Positions 26,526 through 34,671 are shown, counted from the first letter of the stretch. The stretch is 64,000 bases of DNA from an uncultured Candidatus Saccharibacteria bacterium (GCA_964570005.1 CAZMWE010000001.1:7378-71377); one strand, 5' to 3'. A program made the numbers and translations. Notes: a model not told the origin generated them from the sequence alone.

Positions 26526-27477
26526 AGGTCAGCACGTGCCGTTTGACGAGCTCCAGCTCGTCTTCGGCGAGCGATCGGTTGATGCGGGTCAGGTCGGCTA
26601 TGACACCGAGCGTGAAGCTGATAAACGACGCAATCAACAGCACCGACCCGACTAGCAGCGACTGCAGGTGGTGAGTGCCAAACACGTAGCGCGACTTCAG
26701 GGTGATCGCCAGCCATACGAAGTGGCCGAACGGTATCAGTCCGAGCAACAGGAAAAAGAAACCGAGCGACAGAAACAGTACAAGCGGCCGGTACATAATG
26801 AATGCCCGCAAAATCGCCGTACCACTTTTAAAGACGTGCTCGAAGTTGTTGCGGAATAAGCGTGACTCGCGCGTTTTGGGATTGACGGTGATGGGGACGG
26901 TGGCAATGGCCAGATTTTTCGTGCCGGCTTGGATCAGCGTTTCCATGGCGTAGCTGAAGCGTGTAACGATGTTGAGCTTAAGTGCCGCCTCACGGCTATA
27001 GGCGCGAAACCCGCTTGGGGCATCAGGGACTTTCGTACCGGCGGCCAGGTTCAGTACCCAGGTCCCCACCCGCTGAAACAGCTTCTTGCCGGGAGAAAAA
27101 TGCTCGATAGTCTGGACTTGCCGGTCGGCGATGACAAGTTCCGCCCTACCCTCAAGGATGGGTTGCACGAGGTCAGAGATGGCGGCGCCCGGGTACTGGT
27201 TATCGCCGTCGGTGTTGACGATAATGTCGGCGCCATGCTCAAGGCAATACCACATACCGTCGCGGAAGGCCTGAGCCAGGCCACGGCAGCCGACATGGTT
27301 CACGAAATGCTTTACGCCCAACTTCTTGGCAACCTCTACCGTACGGTCAGTAGAGCCGTTATTGATAACTAGTACTTCAATGCTGTCAATGCCGGGGATT
27401 CTGTGCGGGATATCCCGTAAAACCAGCGGCAGTGTCTCTTCCTCATTCAGACACGGAATCTGGACGAACAACTTCAT
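26515..27477 (-). CDS. GT2 polyprenol-phosphate glycosyltransferase (Dpm1/GtrB/ArnC-like)
   Basis: IPCLNEEETLP, NNGSTDRT and DGDNQY (DXD), with two C-terminal TM helices. TGgTATAAT at 27497..27489 lies 11 nt upstream of the ATG. Confidence 0.85.
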   Translation of the reverse strand: MKLFVQIPCLNEEETLPLVLRDIPHRIPGIDSIEVLVINNGSTDRTVEVAKKLGVKHFVNHVGCRGLAQAFRDGMWYCLEHGADIIVNTDGDNQYPGAAISDLVQPILEGRAELVIADRQVQTIEHFSPGKKLFQRVGTWVLNLAAGTKVPDAPSGFRAYSREAALKLNIVTRFSYAMETLIQAGTKNLAIATVPITVNPKTRESRLFRNNFEHVFKSGTAILRAFIMYRPLVLFLSLGFFFLLLGLIPFGHFVWLAITLKSRYVFGTHHLQSLLVGSVLLIASFISFTLGVIADLTRINRSLAEDELELVKRHVLTSKH

Positions 27478-27517
27478 ACGTTATATAAATTATACCATTA
27501 GATAAGAGTAGCTGCGT

Positions 27518-27553
27518 CTTAATAAAACCCAAGTTTCCTTGGGTTTTATTAAG
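27518..27553 (-). terminator. 16-bp perfect hairpin downstream of the RRM gene
   Basis: cttaataaaacccaag / tttc / cttgggttttattaag, with a U-rich 3' arm in both orientations. Confidence 0.65.
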
Positions 27554-27596
27554 ACTGCTATAGCATATCGCACAAAGCTGCAGATATACTAAACGA

Positions 27597-27857
27597 TTAA
27601 CGCCGTGGCTCGAGCGGACGTGCTTCGCTTACCACAATGCTACGGCCCTGTACATCCGTGCCGTTGAGCTTGTCGATGGCGGCTTTGGCGGCATCATCAT
27701 CTTCAAACTCGACGAAGCCGAAGCCCTTGCTGCGGCCGGTTTCGCGGTCCATGATGACCTTAGCCGATACCACCGTTCCGAAATCGTTAAATAATGTTGC
27801 GAGCCCCTGATCGTCCACTGCCCACGGCAGTGAGCCGACAAATAATTTTGTTGCCAT
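27597..27857 (-). CDS. RRM-type RNA-binding protein
   Basis: RNP2 KLFVGSL and RNP1 KGFGFVEF. The ORF opens at TTG 27866, but ATG 27857 gives the usual MATKLFVGSL start with GGAAG upstream. Confidence 0.9.
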   Translation of the reverse strand: MATKLFVGSLPWAVDDQGLATLFNDFGTVVSAKVIMDRETGRSKGFGFVEFEDDDAAKAAIDKLNGTDVQGRSIVVSEARPLEPRR

Positions 27858-28293
27858 GCTGGCCAACTTCCTTTATTGCGGTTGCGAGGGTTAATGCTTC
27901 CTCTTTTGACTTTGGAGAGGAAGCCTTAGCTGCGCACGTCGAACCGTTCTTTTACTTAAAATAGTCGCTAGATTCCCCGACCCGGTCTGACCGGTACGCG
28001 TACGCCTTCTAGATTGTCGCATAATACCACGCTAGTCAATACAAAACAAACGAATAGTTTACTGTCTGATCCCTAAACTTCAGTTAGGGGTGCTCGGCGG
28101 TGCAAGCACAAAGGTATAATTTACGACAGTATATATCGACTATCCCTGTTACATGAACACTCGTTGTTGGCGCTGTGAGATATTTCGCAGGCGGCTTGCA
28201 GTCTGTTGGTTTAAGCTTAAGGTAATCGGTTCGGGACTCTCACCCGAGGCCGGAAGCAAGCTAATCAGTTCATAGAGGAGATGGCTCACCTAT

Positions 28294-28440
28294 ATGAAAA
28301 GAGTTCACATCATCACCAAACCAACTACTGTAGAGGACCTGGCGGACTTTGACGCTGATGCGTACGAAAGCGCCTGGCAACTCAAGGCCGAGCGGCTGGA
28401 AACCCGGCGTCTGCGTAAGTTCAAACGTCAGCTTGCTTAA
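28294..28440 (+). CDS. 48-aa hypothetical small protein
   Basis: ATG preceded by GAGGAG (13-nt spacing) and followed 45 nt later by a strong bidirectional terminator. Peptide MKRVHIITKPTTVEDLADFDADAYESAWQLKAERLETRRLRKFKRQLA has a non-random amphipathic C-half. Not in the supplied ORF track (below its length cut-off). Confidence 0.35.
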   Translation: MKRVHIITKPTTVEDLADFDADAYESAWQLKAERLETRRLRKFKRQLA

Positions 28441-28485
28441 AGCCTTTCGACTGCAACACTGACCAAAAGTTCCATTTCGCAATCT

Positions 28486-28512
28486 AAAAACTCCCCGGCA
28501 AGGGGAGTTTTT
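28486..28512. terminator. bidirectional intrinsic terminator
   Basis: aaaaactcccc-ggcaa-ggggagttttt: a GC stem flanked by an A-run and a T-run, between convergent genes. Confidence 0.75.
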
Positions 28513-28936
28513 AGGATTTACTGCCGTTGTCCAGCTTGGCGTGCAGTTCTTTTATAAGCTGCAGTTGTTCTTCGTTGATCTTCATAAGCAGCTCGATTTC
28601 CTTCTTGGCCTGGACATTGGTCTGGTAATCGTGTTCGGCCATCGCCGCGGCTATAGCGTCCTGGCGCTTGGCGGCGATGAGCAGGATGGCACCTTGCAGC
28701 GCGGCCAGCATACTCAGGAATAGGTTGAGCAAAATGTAGGGATATTTGTCCCAGTGGTGAAAGCCCTGGGCGGTATTTAAGTACGCCCACACTGCTAGAA
28801 AGAATATAAAGGTGATTACAAACGCCCAGCTGCCCATGCCATTGCGCATCCCGTCGGCCGCTCTGTCACCGACGGTCAGTTCCCCTTTGACCTTTTTGTG
28901 CCAGTTATATATGACCATAAGCGGAGTATAGCACAA
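28511..28936 (-). CDS. DUF1003-family membrane protein
   Basis: GSWAFVITFIFFLAVWAYLN..DKYPYILLNLFLSMLAALQGAILLIAAKRQ followed by a coiled-coil tail, which is the typical DUF1003 layout. Confidence 0.75.
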   Translation of the reverse strand: MCYTPLMVIYNWHKKVKGELTVGDRAADGMRNGMGSWAFVITFIFFLAVWAYLNTAQGFHHWDKYPYILLNLFLSMLAALQGAILLIAAKRQDAIAAAMAEHDYQTNVQAKKEIELLMKINEEQLQLIKELHAKLDNGSKS

Positions 28937-29065
28937 TGTTACGTACTAATCTGAGAATGCTTGTGGTATAACAAGAAGTAGATTCTTTTGGAGTCGGATT
29001 TTGACTCTGCAAAGAGAATCGTCCTCGGTTTGCCTGTCTCGAACCCGGTGGCTATAATCCGTACA

Positions 29066-29239
29066 ATGGACGACATTCAAAGCAGCGTTATCAATGCAGG
29101 GCTAGAAGACATATTTAAGAAATTGCCGCCATCACATCAGAAAGAATACATAAAATGGATTGAAGAAGCTAAGAAGCCTGAAACGCGCAGCAAAAGGATA
29201 CAAAAAATGCTAGAGATGTTGCAACAAAAGGTCCACTAG
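29066..29239 (+). CDS. YdeI/OmdA-like C-terminal-domain small protein
   Basis: LPPSHQKEYIKWIEEAKKPETRSKRIQKMLEML matches the YdeI/OmpD-associated motif. Trimmed from TTG 28988 to ATG 29066 because TATAAT at 29053..29058 lies 7 nt upstream. Confidence 0.5.
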   Translation: MDDIQSSVINAGLEDIFKKLPPSHQKEYIKWIEEAKKPETRSKRIQKMLEMLQQKVH

Positions 29240-29329
29240 CCCAAGTGCCTGGTGGACCATTACTCAAATTTGTACTATGTATAGTTTGGGCTTGACGTGT
29301 CGGCGTTGAACTGGGGTCGGTCAAGCGGG

Positions 29330-29365
29330 CACAGTGGGAGTAAGTACTACCGTACTCCCACTGTG
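29330..29365. terminator. 13-bp perfect hairpin between convergent genes
   Basis: cacagtgggagta / 10-nt loop / tactcccactgtg. No U-tract. Confidence 0.45.
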
Positions 29366-29381
29366 ACACGTTGCAGTACCT

Positions 29382-29975
29382 CTAGACGCTTACTACACCG
29401 CGCATACCGGCAATGCCAAGTGCGTAGAGCGCGGCCGGCTGGGGCGCATGGAGCCGGGCTGACTCATCGCTCATTAGGTCCCGCTCGAGTTGCTCGATGG
29501 GGTACCATCGGGCGCCTTGTACCTCGCTCTCCTGCAGCCGCAGGTCAGCCAGTGATAGCCCTGGCTCGTAGGCGACAAAGTTATCGCCTACGATATTGTG
29601 TGGATGCTCCCAACCGGGAAACATAAGTCGCGTTGCCACTAAGCCGATACGTCTGAAATGCTGTGGTGGCCGCCTTAGACCAAGCTCTTCGTGGGTTTCG
29701 CGTACGGCAGCGTCAAGGTATGATTCGCCGGCACTCACATGACCACCGACCGAGATGTCCCATTTGCCTGGCATGATCGATTTATCCGAATTCCGCTGCT
29801 GTTGCAGCAGGTCGTGTCCGTTGGTAATCCAGACGTGGACGTCACGGTGGCGTACTCCTTGTGTGTGGATCGTTCTTTTGTCGAGTGTCTGACCTGTTGG
29901 CTCGCCCCACTCATTTACAACGTCTAATAGTTCACTGCTTGCCTGCGGCGTAATGTGTTCACTCATATATTCCAA
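29382..29975 (-). CDS. NUDIX hydrolase
   Basis: Nudix box GGHVSAGESYLDAAVRETHEELGL. AAGGAG SD upstream. Confidence 0.8.
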   Translation of the reverse strand: MEYMSEHITPQASSELLDVVNEWGEPTGQTLDKRTIHTQGVRHRDVHVWITNGHDLLQQQRNSDKSIMPGKWDISVGGHVSAGESYLDAAVRETHEELGLRRPPQHFRRIGLVATRLMFPGWEHPHNIVGDNFVAYEPGLSLADLRLQESEVQGARWYPIEQLERDLMSDESARLHAPQPAALYALGIAGMRGVVSV

Positions 29976-30066
29976 CTCCTTATGTTGCTAGTTGGAAGCG
30001 CTTCCGTGTGTACGATATCGCGCGAAGCTCTGTGAATATAGACAGGACGATTTGTGTCAAGACATT

Positions 30067-30096
30067 TTGACAATTCATGATTAAGGAAGGTAAGAT
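30067..30096 (+). promoter_or_regulatory. sigma70-type promoter TTGACA-18 nt-TAAGAT, 6 nt upstream of ATG 30103
   Basis: Direct read: ttgacaattcatgattaaggaaggtaagat gcaaaa ATG. Confidence 0.55.
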
Positions 30097-30102
30097 GCAA
30101 AA

Positions 30103-30771
30103 ATGCATTATATCCAGCGTAAGATTCTCCGGCGGCTTATGTATGCACCGTCACTGAACTATGCCAAAATGCGGCCGCCAGGAGTGGAAAGCAATCATTT
30201 TGCTTATCACTTGGATCAGCTCATGCGCGAGAAGCTTATCGTAAAAGACGGGCGCGACTACTCACTAACGGAGAAAGGCTTGATGTTCGTTGACCGCGCA
30301 AGCCACGAAGCCATGAGACCGCGCCAGCAGCCTCATATTGTGACTTCGCTGTATATTACAAACGACCAAGGCCAAATGGCGTTGTATGAGCACCTCTTTC
30401 AGCCGTACCTTAACCTCTTTGGGCCGCTGCAAGGCAGAATTCATGATGCGGAACACATCGCTGAGGCTGCAGATCGGGAGTTATTTGAAAAGTCGGGGTT
30501 AAGCGGTGTATCGCTCACTCACCGGGGCATGGTATATATCCGCGCCGTAAAGGCCGGCGTAGAGGTGAGTAAAATCTTGGCCCACATATTCAGCGGCACA
30601 ACAACCGGTAGGCCGGAACTAGCAACATTGCGGGATGGTATAGCGGTATGGAAAGATCCGGCACAGTTAACCAAAGACCAATGCATGCCCGGCTTCGTAG
30701 AGGTACGGGAGCTGCTCGTCACTCATACCGATGACTTATTTTTCGCCGAAATCGAAACGTCGATGGTATAA
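30103..30771 (+). CDS. winged-helix + degenerate NUDIX-fold protein (putative regulator)
   Basis: The N-terminal IQRKILRRLMY..HFAYHLDQLMREKLIVKDGRDYSLTEKG is wHTH-like. The central GRIHDAEHIAEAADRELFEKSGL is a degenerate Nudix box. Divergent from the Nudix gene. Confidence 0.5.
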   Translation: MHYIQRKILRRLMYAPSLNYAKMRPPGVESNHFAYHLDQLMREKLIVKDGRDYSLTEKGLMFVDRASHEAMRPRQQPHIVTSLYITNDQGQMALYEHLFQPYLNLFGPLQGRIHDAEHIAEAADRELFEKSGLSGVSLTHRGMVYIRAVKAGVEVSKILAHIFSGTTTGRPELATLRDGIAVWKDPAQLTKDQCMPGFVEVRELLVTHTDDLFFAEIETSMV

Positions 30772-31579
30772 CAAAGCATCTTCATAACTTTACGTATAGT
30801 TGCTCTTCTCGGTAGTATCATCGCGAGACAAGAACCCACAAGCCTCAATGCTTACCAGATTAACCTCAAGTTTTTATCATAGTGATCCGCGAGTATAAAC
30901 ATACGACAGATATGCCCCTAGGGTGTCCAACCGCAATACTTGATGCCATGGGATGCACCTAGTGCCGAACCTAGAAAATAATCTAAAAATGTACCATAAC
31001 ATATAATGTTCATCGGTACCACGGAGAATGGAGCACCTTCATGGAAATGGTAGTGTACGGCATCATCCTGACCATCTTGGCAATACTTGCAGGTATTGTC
31101 ATCGCGGGCGCCATCCCGTTTAATGCCAAGGTAGTTCTGGGCGGAGTGGCTATAACCGTGCATGGCATTTTATCGCCTACGCAGTAAGGCACTACTACAT
31201 CGGTACGCAATCGTACCAGCTCTTCCCCGTATTTGTGACCCTGGGCGCCGTAATCTCGTTCGCAGGCGTTCTCATAGGGTGCAGGCTCATTAGCCGCCTC
31301 ACTACTGAAGGAGAAGTGGTCGAAAGCCGCCCGTAACGATGAATGAAGAAAGCCCTGGCTAGAAAGCGGGCTCGGCGCAATAGCGCTACAGAGCAAACCA
31401 GGCAAGCCGTTTGGGCGGATGAGAAAAATGGATGATCGGTGGTGTGCCATCAATTATATTCTTAATTATTTCTCTCTTACTCCAAACGGCTTTCGGGCAT
31501 ACTACATATCCTTGAGATTAAATCCACTTTCTCATGCGCTACGCGTATCTCAAAATACTTTGTATAATGCGACGCGCAA

Positions 31580-31658
31580 CGCGGGGTGGAGTAGCCTGGT
31601 AGCTCGCCTGCGAAACAGGGCCCCCTAGAGGTCACAGGTTTAAATCCTGTCCCTGCGA
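31580..31658 (+). pseudogene. aberrant tRNA-fMet-like element (no canonical anticodon loop)
   Basis: The acceptor (CGCGGGG/CCCTGCG), D-arm (GAGT-AGCCTGGTA-GCTC), AGGTC variable end and T-arm (ACAGG-TTTAAAT-CCTGT) align with E. coli initiator tRNA. The 17-nt anticodon arm is replaced by 22 nt (CCTGCGAAACAGGGCCCCCTAG), the T-loop has T56 instead of C56, and no CCA is encoded. Confidence 0.55.
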
Positions 31659-31799
31659 CTCGAATGTGCTACAGGCACATCCGTATGACTTGTTTCGTGA
31701 AAGGGTTTTCAGCCTATAATCACCGATGTAAACTTATCCGCGAGCCGTTGCCTGTGAGGTGACGCCTATGATTAGGTTACCTGTCTACTATGCCCCTTT

Positions 31800-31843
31800 G
31801 GGGCCAGACATGCGGGCACTCCCGATTAACCATGTCTGGCCCC
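31800..31843. terminator. 13-bp perfect hairpin
   Basis: ggggccagacatg / 18-nt loop / catgtctggcccc, in the non-coding stretch between the tRNA-like element and the GH15 gene end. Confidence 0.4.
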
Positions 31844-31996
31844 GCCAGGGTCCAATACTGCTCTCCAGCGAGTTGAGGCTGACCATTTTCGGTCTTACTC
31901 CTCCCTATGCCCCGCTTGCTGAACCTCTTTGTCATTGCCCTTTTGGTTTTCAATAAAGTGGGCTTTAGCTGGCCGCGCAATCGCTTGACCTGGCTG

Positions 31997-33049
31997 CTAC
32001 CCTTTTACTTCATGCAACGCAACCACGTACATGCTCTCACTCCAGCCCAGGGGTGTATTTTCATTGGGTTGGTCGGTGTGACTGAAATAGAGCTCCGGGA
32101 TTTTGCCGCCCTGTGTAATGGTCGCGGTCGCCTTGTCCAGATATTTGCGGGCGTTTTTAGTGTCACCGAGTCGTGTGTAACAGATAGCCAGCCATGAAAA
32201 GCCGAAACACCACTCTGCTTCTTCACTATAGCCGTCGGAATTTTTGTTGTAGTACTGATCGAACCGATAACGCAGCACGCCCTTATCCTTAGCCAGGTTG
32301 TATACCAGATTATCGACAATCTGATGGGCCATGTCAGGGCTGACGACGTTATACGGGTATACGAGCGACAGTAGCGCTAGGTCGGTGAACTTGGTTTCTG
32401 ACTCGCGCGGCAGCAGTTCGTCCAAGGCCTTTTGGCCGCGGTCGATAGCGTCCTGATCCACGTCCATGGTGCCGGCTTCTTGCCATTTTTTGAGGCCAGC
32501 CAGCACTGCGCCAACCGAACTGGCGTGGACTTCCTCATTTTCTTCCCACATGCCGTTGTCGGCGTCGTGCCAATATTCGACGTTGGTAATGTAATAGATA
32601 AGCGTCTGAACAGTACGACGGTCGGCACGGCTCCGCAGCATGCTATGACCGTTTAACTCAAACTCGGCTAACTTGTATAGTATGAGGCCGATGGCGTCGT
32701 GTTGCTTGTTGCCCCAGTCCTCCCAAAATTCCTCGAGTGTCTCGGGATTGTAGCGGGCGTGGATGTATTGCCAAGTCTCGAACGGCTTGTTAGTGGTCGC
32801 CCAGTTAATCTTGTCGATGTGCTTGTCAAAAATGTCGAGCAGCGTGTGGTAAGTTTGAGCTACGATGTCCCACTCGCCGACATATTCAAAGGCCAGTGCC
32901 TCATAGGCGTTGTCGCGCAACCAAGCCTTGTCGTAGCCGGTGCTGACCTCGTTATGGCTGGCCCGAAATAGTCCGCCGCGGGTTCGCAAGGCTCGCAGGT
33001 TATCAAGGTGCTGGTCGGCACGCGCCTTTTTACTAGGTGCGGTTGGCAT
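31997..33049 (-). CDS. glycoside hydrolase family 15 catalytic domain (glucoamylase/trehalase-like)
   Basis: YDKAWLRDNAYEALAF and NGMWEENEEVHASSVGAVLAGL are GH15 (alpha/alpha)6 signatures. 350 aa, catalytic domain only. Confidence 0.82.
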   Translation of the reverse strand: MPTAPSKKARADQHLDNLRALRTRGGLFRASHNEVSTGYDKAWLRDNAYEALAFEYVGEWDIVAQTYHTLLDIFDKHIDKINWATTNKPFETWQYIHARYNPETLEEFWEDWGNKQHDAIGLILYKLAEFELNGHSMLRSRADRRTVQTLIYYITNVEYWHDADNGMWEENEEVHASSVGAVLAGLKKWQEAGTMDVDQDAIDRGQKALDELLPRESETKFTDLALLSLVYPYNVVSPDMAHQIVDNLVYNLAKDKGVLRYRFDQYYNKNSDGYSEEAEWCFGFSWLAICYTRLGDTKNARKYLDKATATITQGGKIPELYFSHTDQPNENTPLGWSESMYVVALHEVKG

Positions 33050-33465
33050 TATTCCTGGCCTCCGTGGTGGCTGTGCCGGTAGTCCTCACCGATGTGACGG
33101 TCATATGTAAAGCCCAGCAGGCGGTTTAAGATCTGTTCGCTGCCCAGACCGTTGTGGAGCTCGGCGCGGATAACGGCGGCTGCGGCCTCGGTGTGAAATA
33201 GCTGTGCCGCCAGCTCAAGATGCTCTTTGACGGTTTCGTCTTGTAGTGTTTTGGCACGCTCCAGTAAGGCCCTTTCGGCGGCCTGCGCTTCGGCGATCGG
33301 CGTAGTACAGGCTGTGCATACGCCGTACGCGTCAATCTTTAAGATGTGTCCGCCGTAGTCAAATGTTTCCGCCTTCGGCAGCGTGTTTAAAATGTCATCA
33401 ATGATGTCCCGGGCGGCCTTCGCCGCGTCCTTAACGTCCGGGTCATCCGAATGTGTTTTTATCAT
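33049..33465 (-). CDS. hypothetical protein translationally coupled to GH15
   Basis: ORF trimmed to ATG 33465 (MIKTHSDDPDV..). Helical, with CTAC and a His-rich C-terminus. Its stop overlaps the GH15 start (TAATG). Confidence 0.5.
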   Translation of the reverse strand: MIKTHSDDPDVKDAAKAARDIIDDILNTLPKAETFDYGGHILKIDAYGVCTACTTPIAEAQAAERALLERAKTLQDETVKEHLELAAQLFHTEAAAAVIRAELHNGLGSEQILNRLLGFTYDRHIGEDYRHSHHGGQE

Positions 33466-33586
33466 GCTCTTCCCGCCTATAAACGCATTATAACATGAGC
33501 GGTTTGGCTGCAAAACCAGACGCTACGTGTATTTGTAGCGGATCATACTGCCACGTGACACCGCAGGGTATACCGTATGAGTTAGT

Positions 33587-34114
33587 ATGGCCCAGCGCGA
33601 TAACGGTTCTGTCACGTATCATGGCTTTGCTGGTGGTAGCGGGAATGACAGATGGCCATGGAGTGTACGACACCTGGGCGGTGCGCCGATTACGTTAGTG
33701 AACCATATAAAAGACCCGACCACGGGAACCCTTACGTGCTGTTATGCAGACGAAACGGGTGCTATTACCGTTCGTTCGATTTGGGTGCCCGCAGGCAGAA
33801 GTTCGCCTATGTGGGCTCTGACTGAGAGAGCGGGGCATGATAATTACACTGAGTATTACCAGGCGCAAAGTGGGGACGGTTGGCTTGTACGCAGGCGTGT
33901 CCAGGAAGGCACTCGCCATCTGGCGCTGATTGCACTTGCTGGGGAGACACTTTCTGTAGAAGGGCGTGCTGGTGACACTATGCGTATACGGGCGTCACTG
34001 GGTGCTGCTACGCTTGTGTTTGCTCTCTCGGGTGAGGTGCCCTTCCGTCCAGAGTACGCAGAGTGGATGAACCTCGATAGGACTGCTGCGGCTTCTGCTG
34101 CTAGCGATGTCTAG
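33587..34114 (+). CDS. hypothetical protein (ORFan)
   Basis: 175-aa ORF with no recognised motif and an uncertain start. Confidence 0.4.
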   Translation: MAQRDNGSVTYHGFAGGSGNDRWPWSVRHLGGAPITLVNHIKDPTTGTLTCCYADETGAITVRSIWVPAGRSSPMWALTERAGHDNYTEYYQAQSGDGWLVRRRVQEGTRHLALIALAGETLSVEGRAGDTMRIRASLGAATLVFALSGEVPFRPEYAEWMNLDRTAAASAASDV

Positions 34115-34671
34115 ATGGGTCGTTCTTTGACGCCGATAAGATAGCCGGTGGCGCTTGCTACGAGGTGGATGATCAGCCACATCAGCACAAGTGCCACGTA
34201 TTGTAACAGGCTGAGCGATACGAATGGGACGCTGGCAATGCATGCCCCGATAATGTAATCGGTCTGGTCAAACGGGAACCAGCCATGACCTGGTGCGATG
34301 TTGGCCTGACGCTTAAAAAAGCTTTCAATGGCATCGCCGCCCAGCGCGCCGACAGCAAAGAGCGGGCCGAGTACCAGCGTGGGCAGCTGCGAGTAGTTAA
34401 CCTGACTTGTCCATGTCTGCAGCCAACCGGAGTGAGCTACCAGTAGCTGTTGCAAATACAATGCTACAGTACCGAAGATTACTCCGGCGGCTAGGCCTCG
34501 CCAGGTTTTGTGGCTGCCAAAAATACGTTTGCCGCGGAAGCTTTTGCCGAAGTCCATTGGTGCGTCAAAGCGCTGCAATCGCGGCACGCGGGCGGCGAAA
34601 ATCGGCATCATGTTGGCAACACCGGCCGGCAGGAAGAACCAGAGTGCAAAGAACAGTTCTTTCAGCATCAC
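34111..34671 (-). CDS. CDP-archaeol synthase (CarS, DUF46) family cytidylyltransferase homologue
   Basis: FLPAGVANMMPIF..PMDFGKSFRGKRIFGSHKTWRGL and GGDAIESFFKRQANIAPGHGWFPFDQTDYIIGA match the CarS family pattern (..DfGk..dGkrilGdgKTwRG.., ..GD..SF.KRr..i.rG...p.lDQ.d). 5 TM. Confidence 0.78.
   Translation of the reverse strand: MMLKELFFALWFFLPAGVANMMPIFAARVPRLQRFDAPMDFGKSFRGKRIFGSHKTWRGLAAGVIFGTVALYLQQLLVAHSGWLQTWTSQVNYSQLPTLVLGPLFAVGALGGDAIESFFKRQANIAPGHGWFPFDQTDYIIGACIASVPFVSLSLLQYVALVLMWLIIHLVASATGYLIGVKERPI

Noticed and set aside
28225-28270. GAGGCCGGAAGCAAGC segment resembling the SRP-RNA GGAA tetraloop region or the glutamine-riboswitch/downstream-peptide ACGGAAG motif
   Set aside because: The closing base pairs and flanking symmetric-loop sequences of SRP RNA are absent. 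I cannot reproduce either consensus structure by hand, so only an Infernal scan could decide.
30918-31453. Minus-strand ORFs 30918..31163, 31010..31453, 31195..31380
   Set aside because: Their composition looks like the antisense of hydrophobic coding sequence, and they have no start signals or motifs. The plus-strand small membrane ORFs explain the region better, so these are left unannotated as genes.
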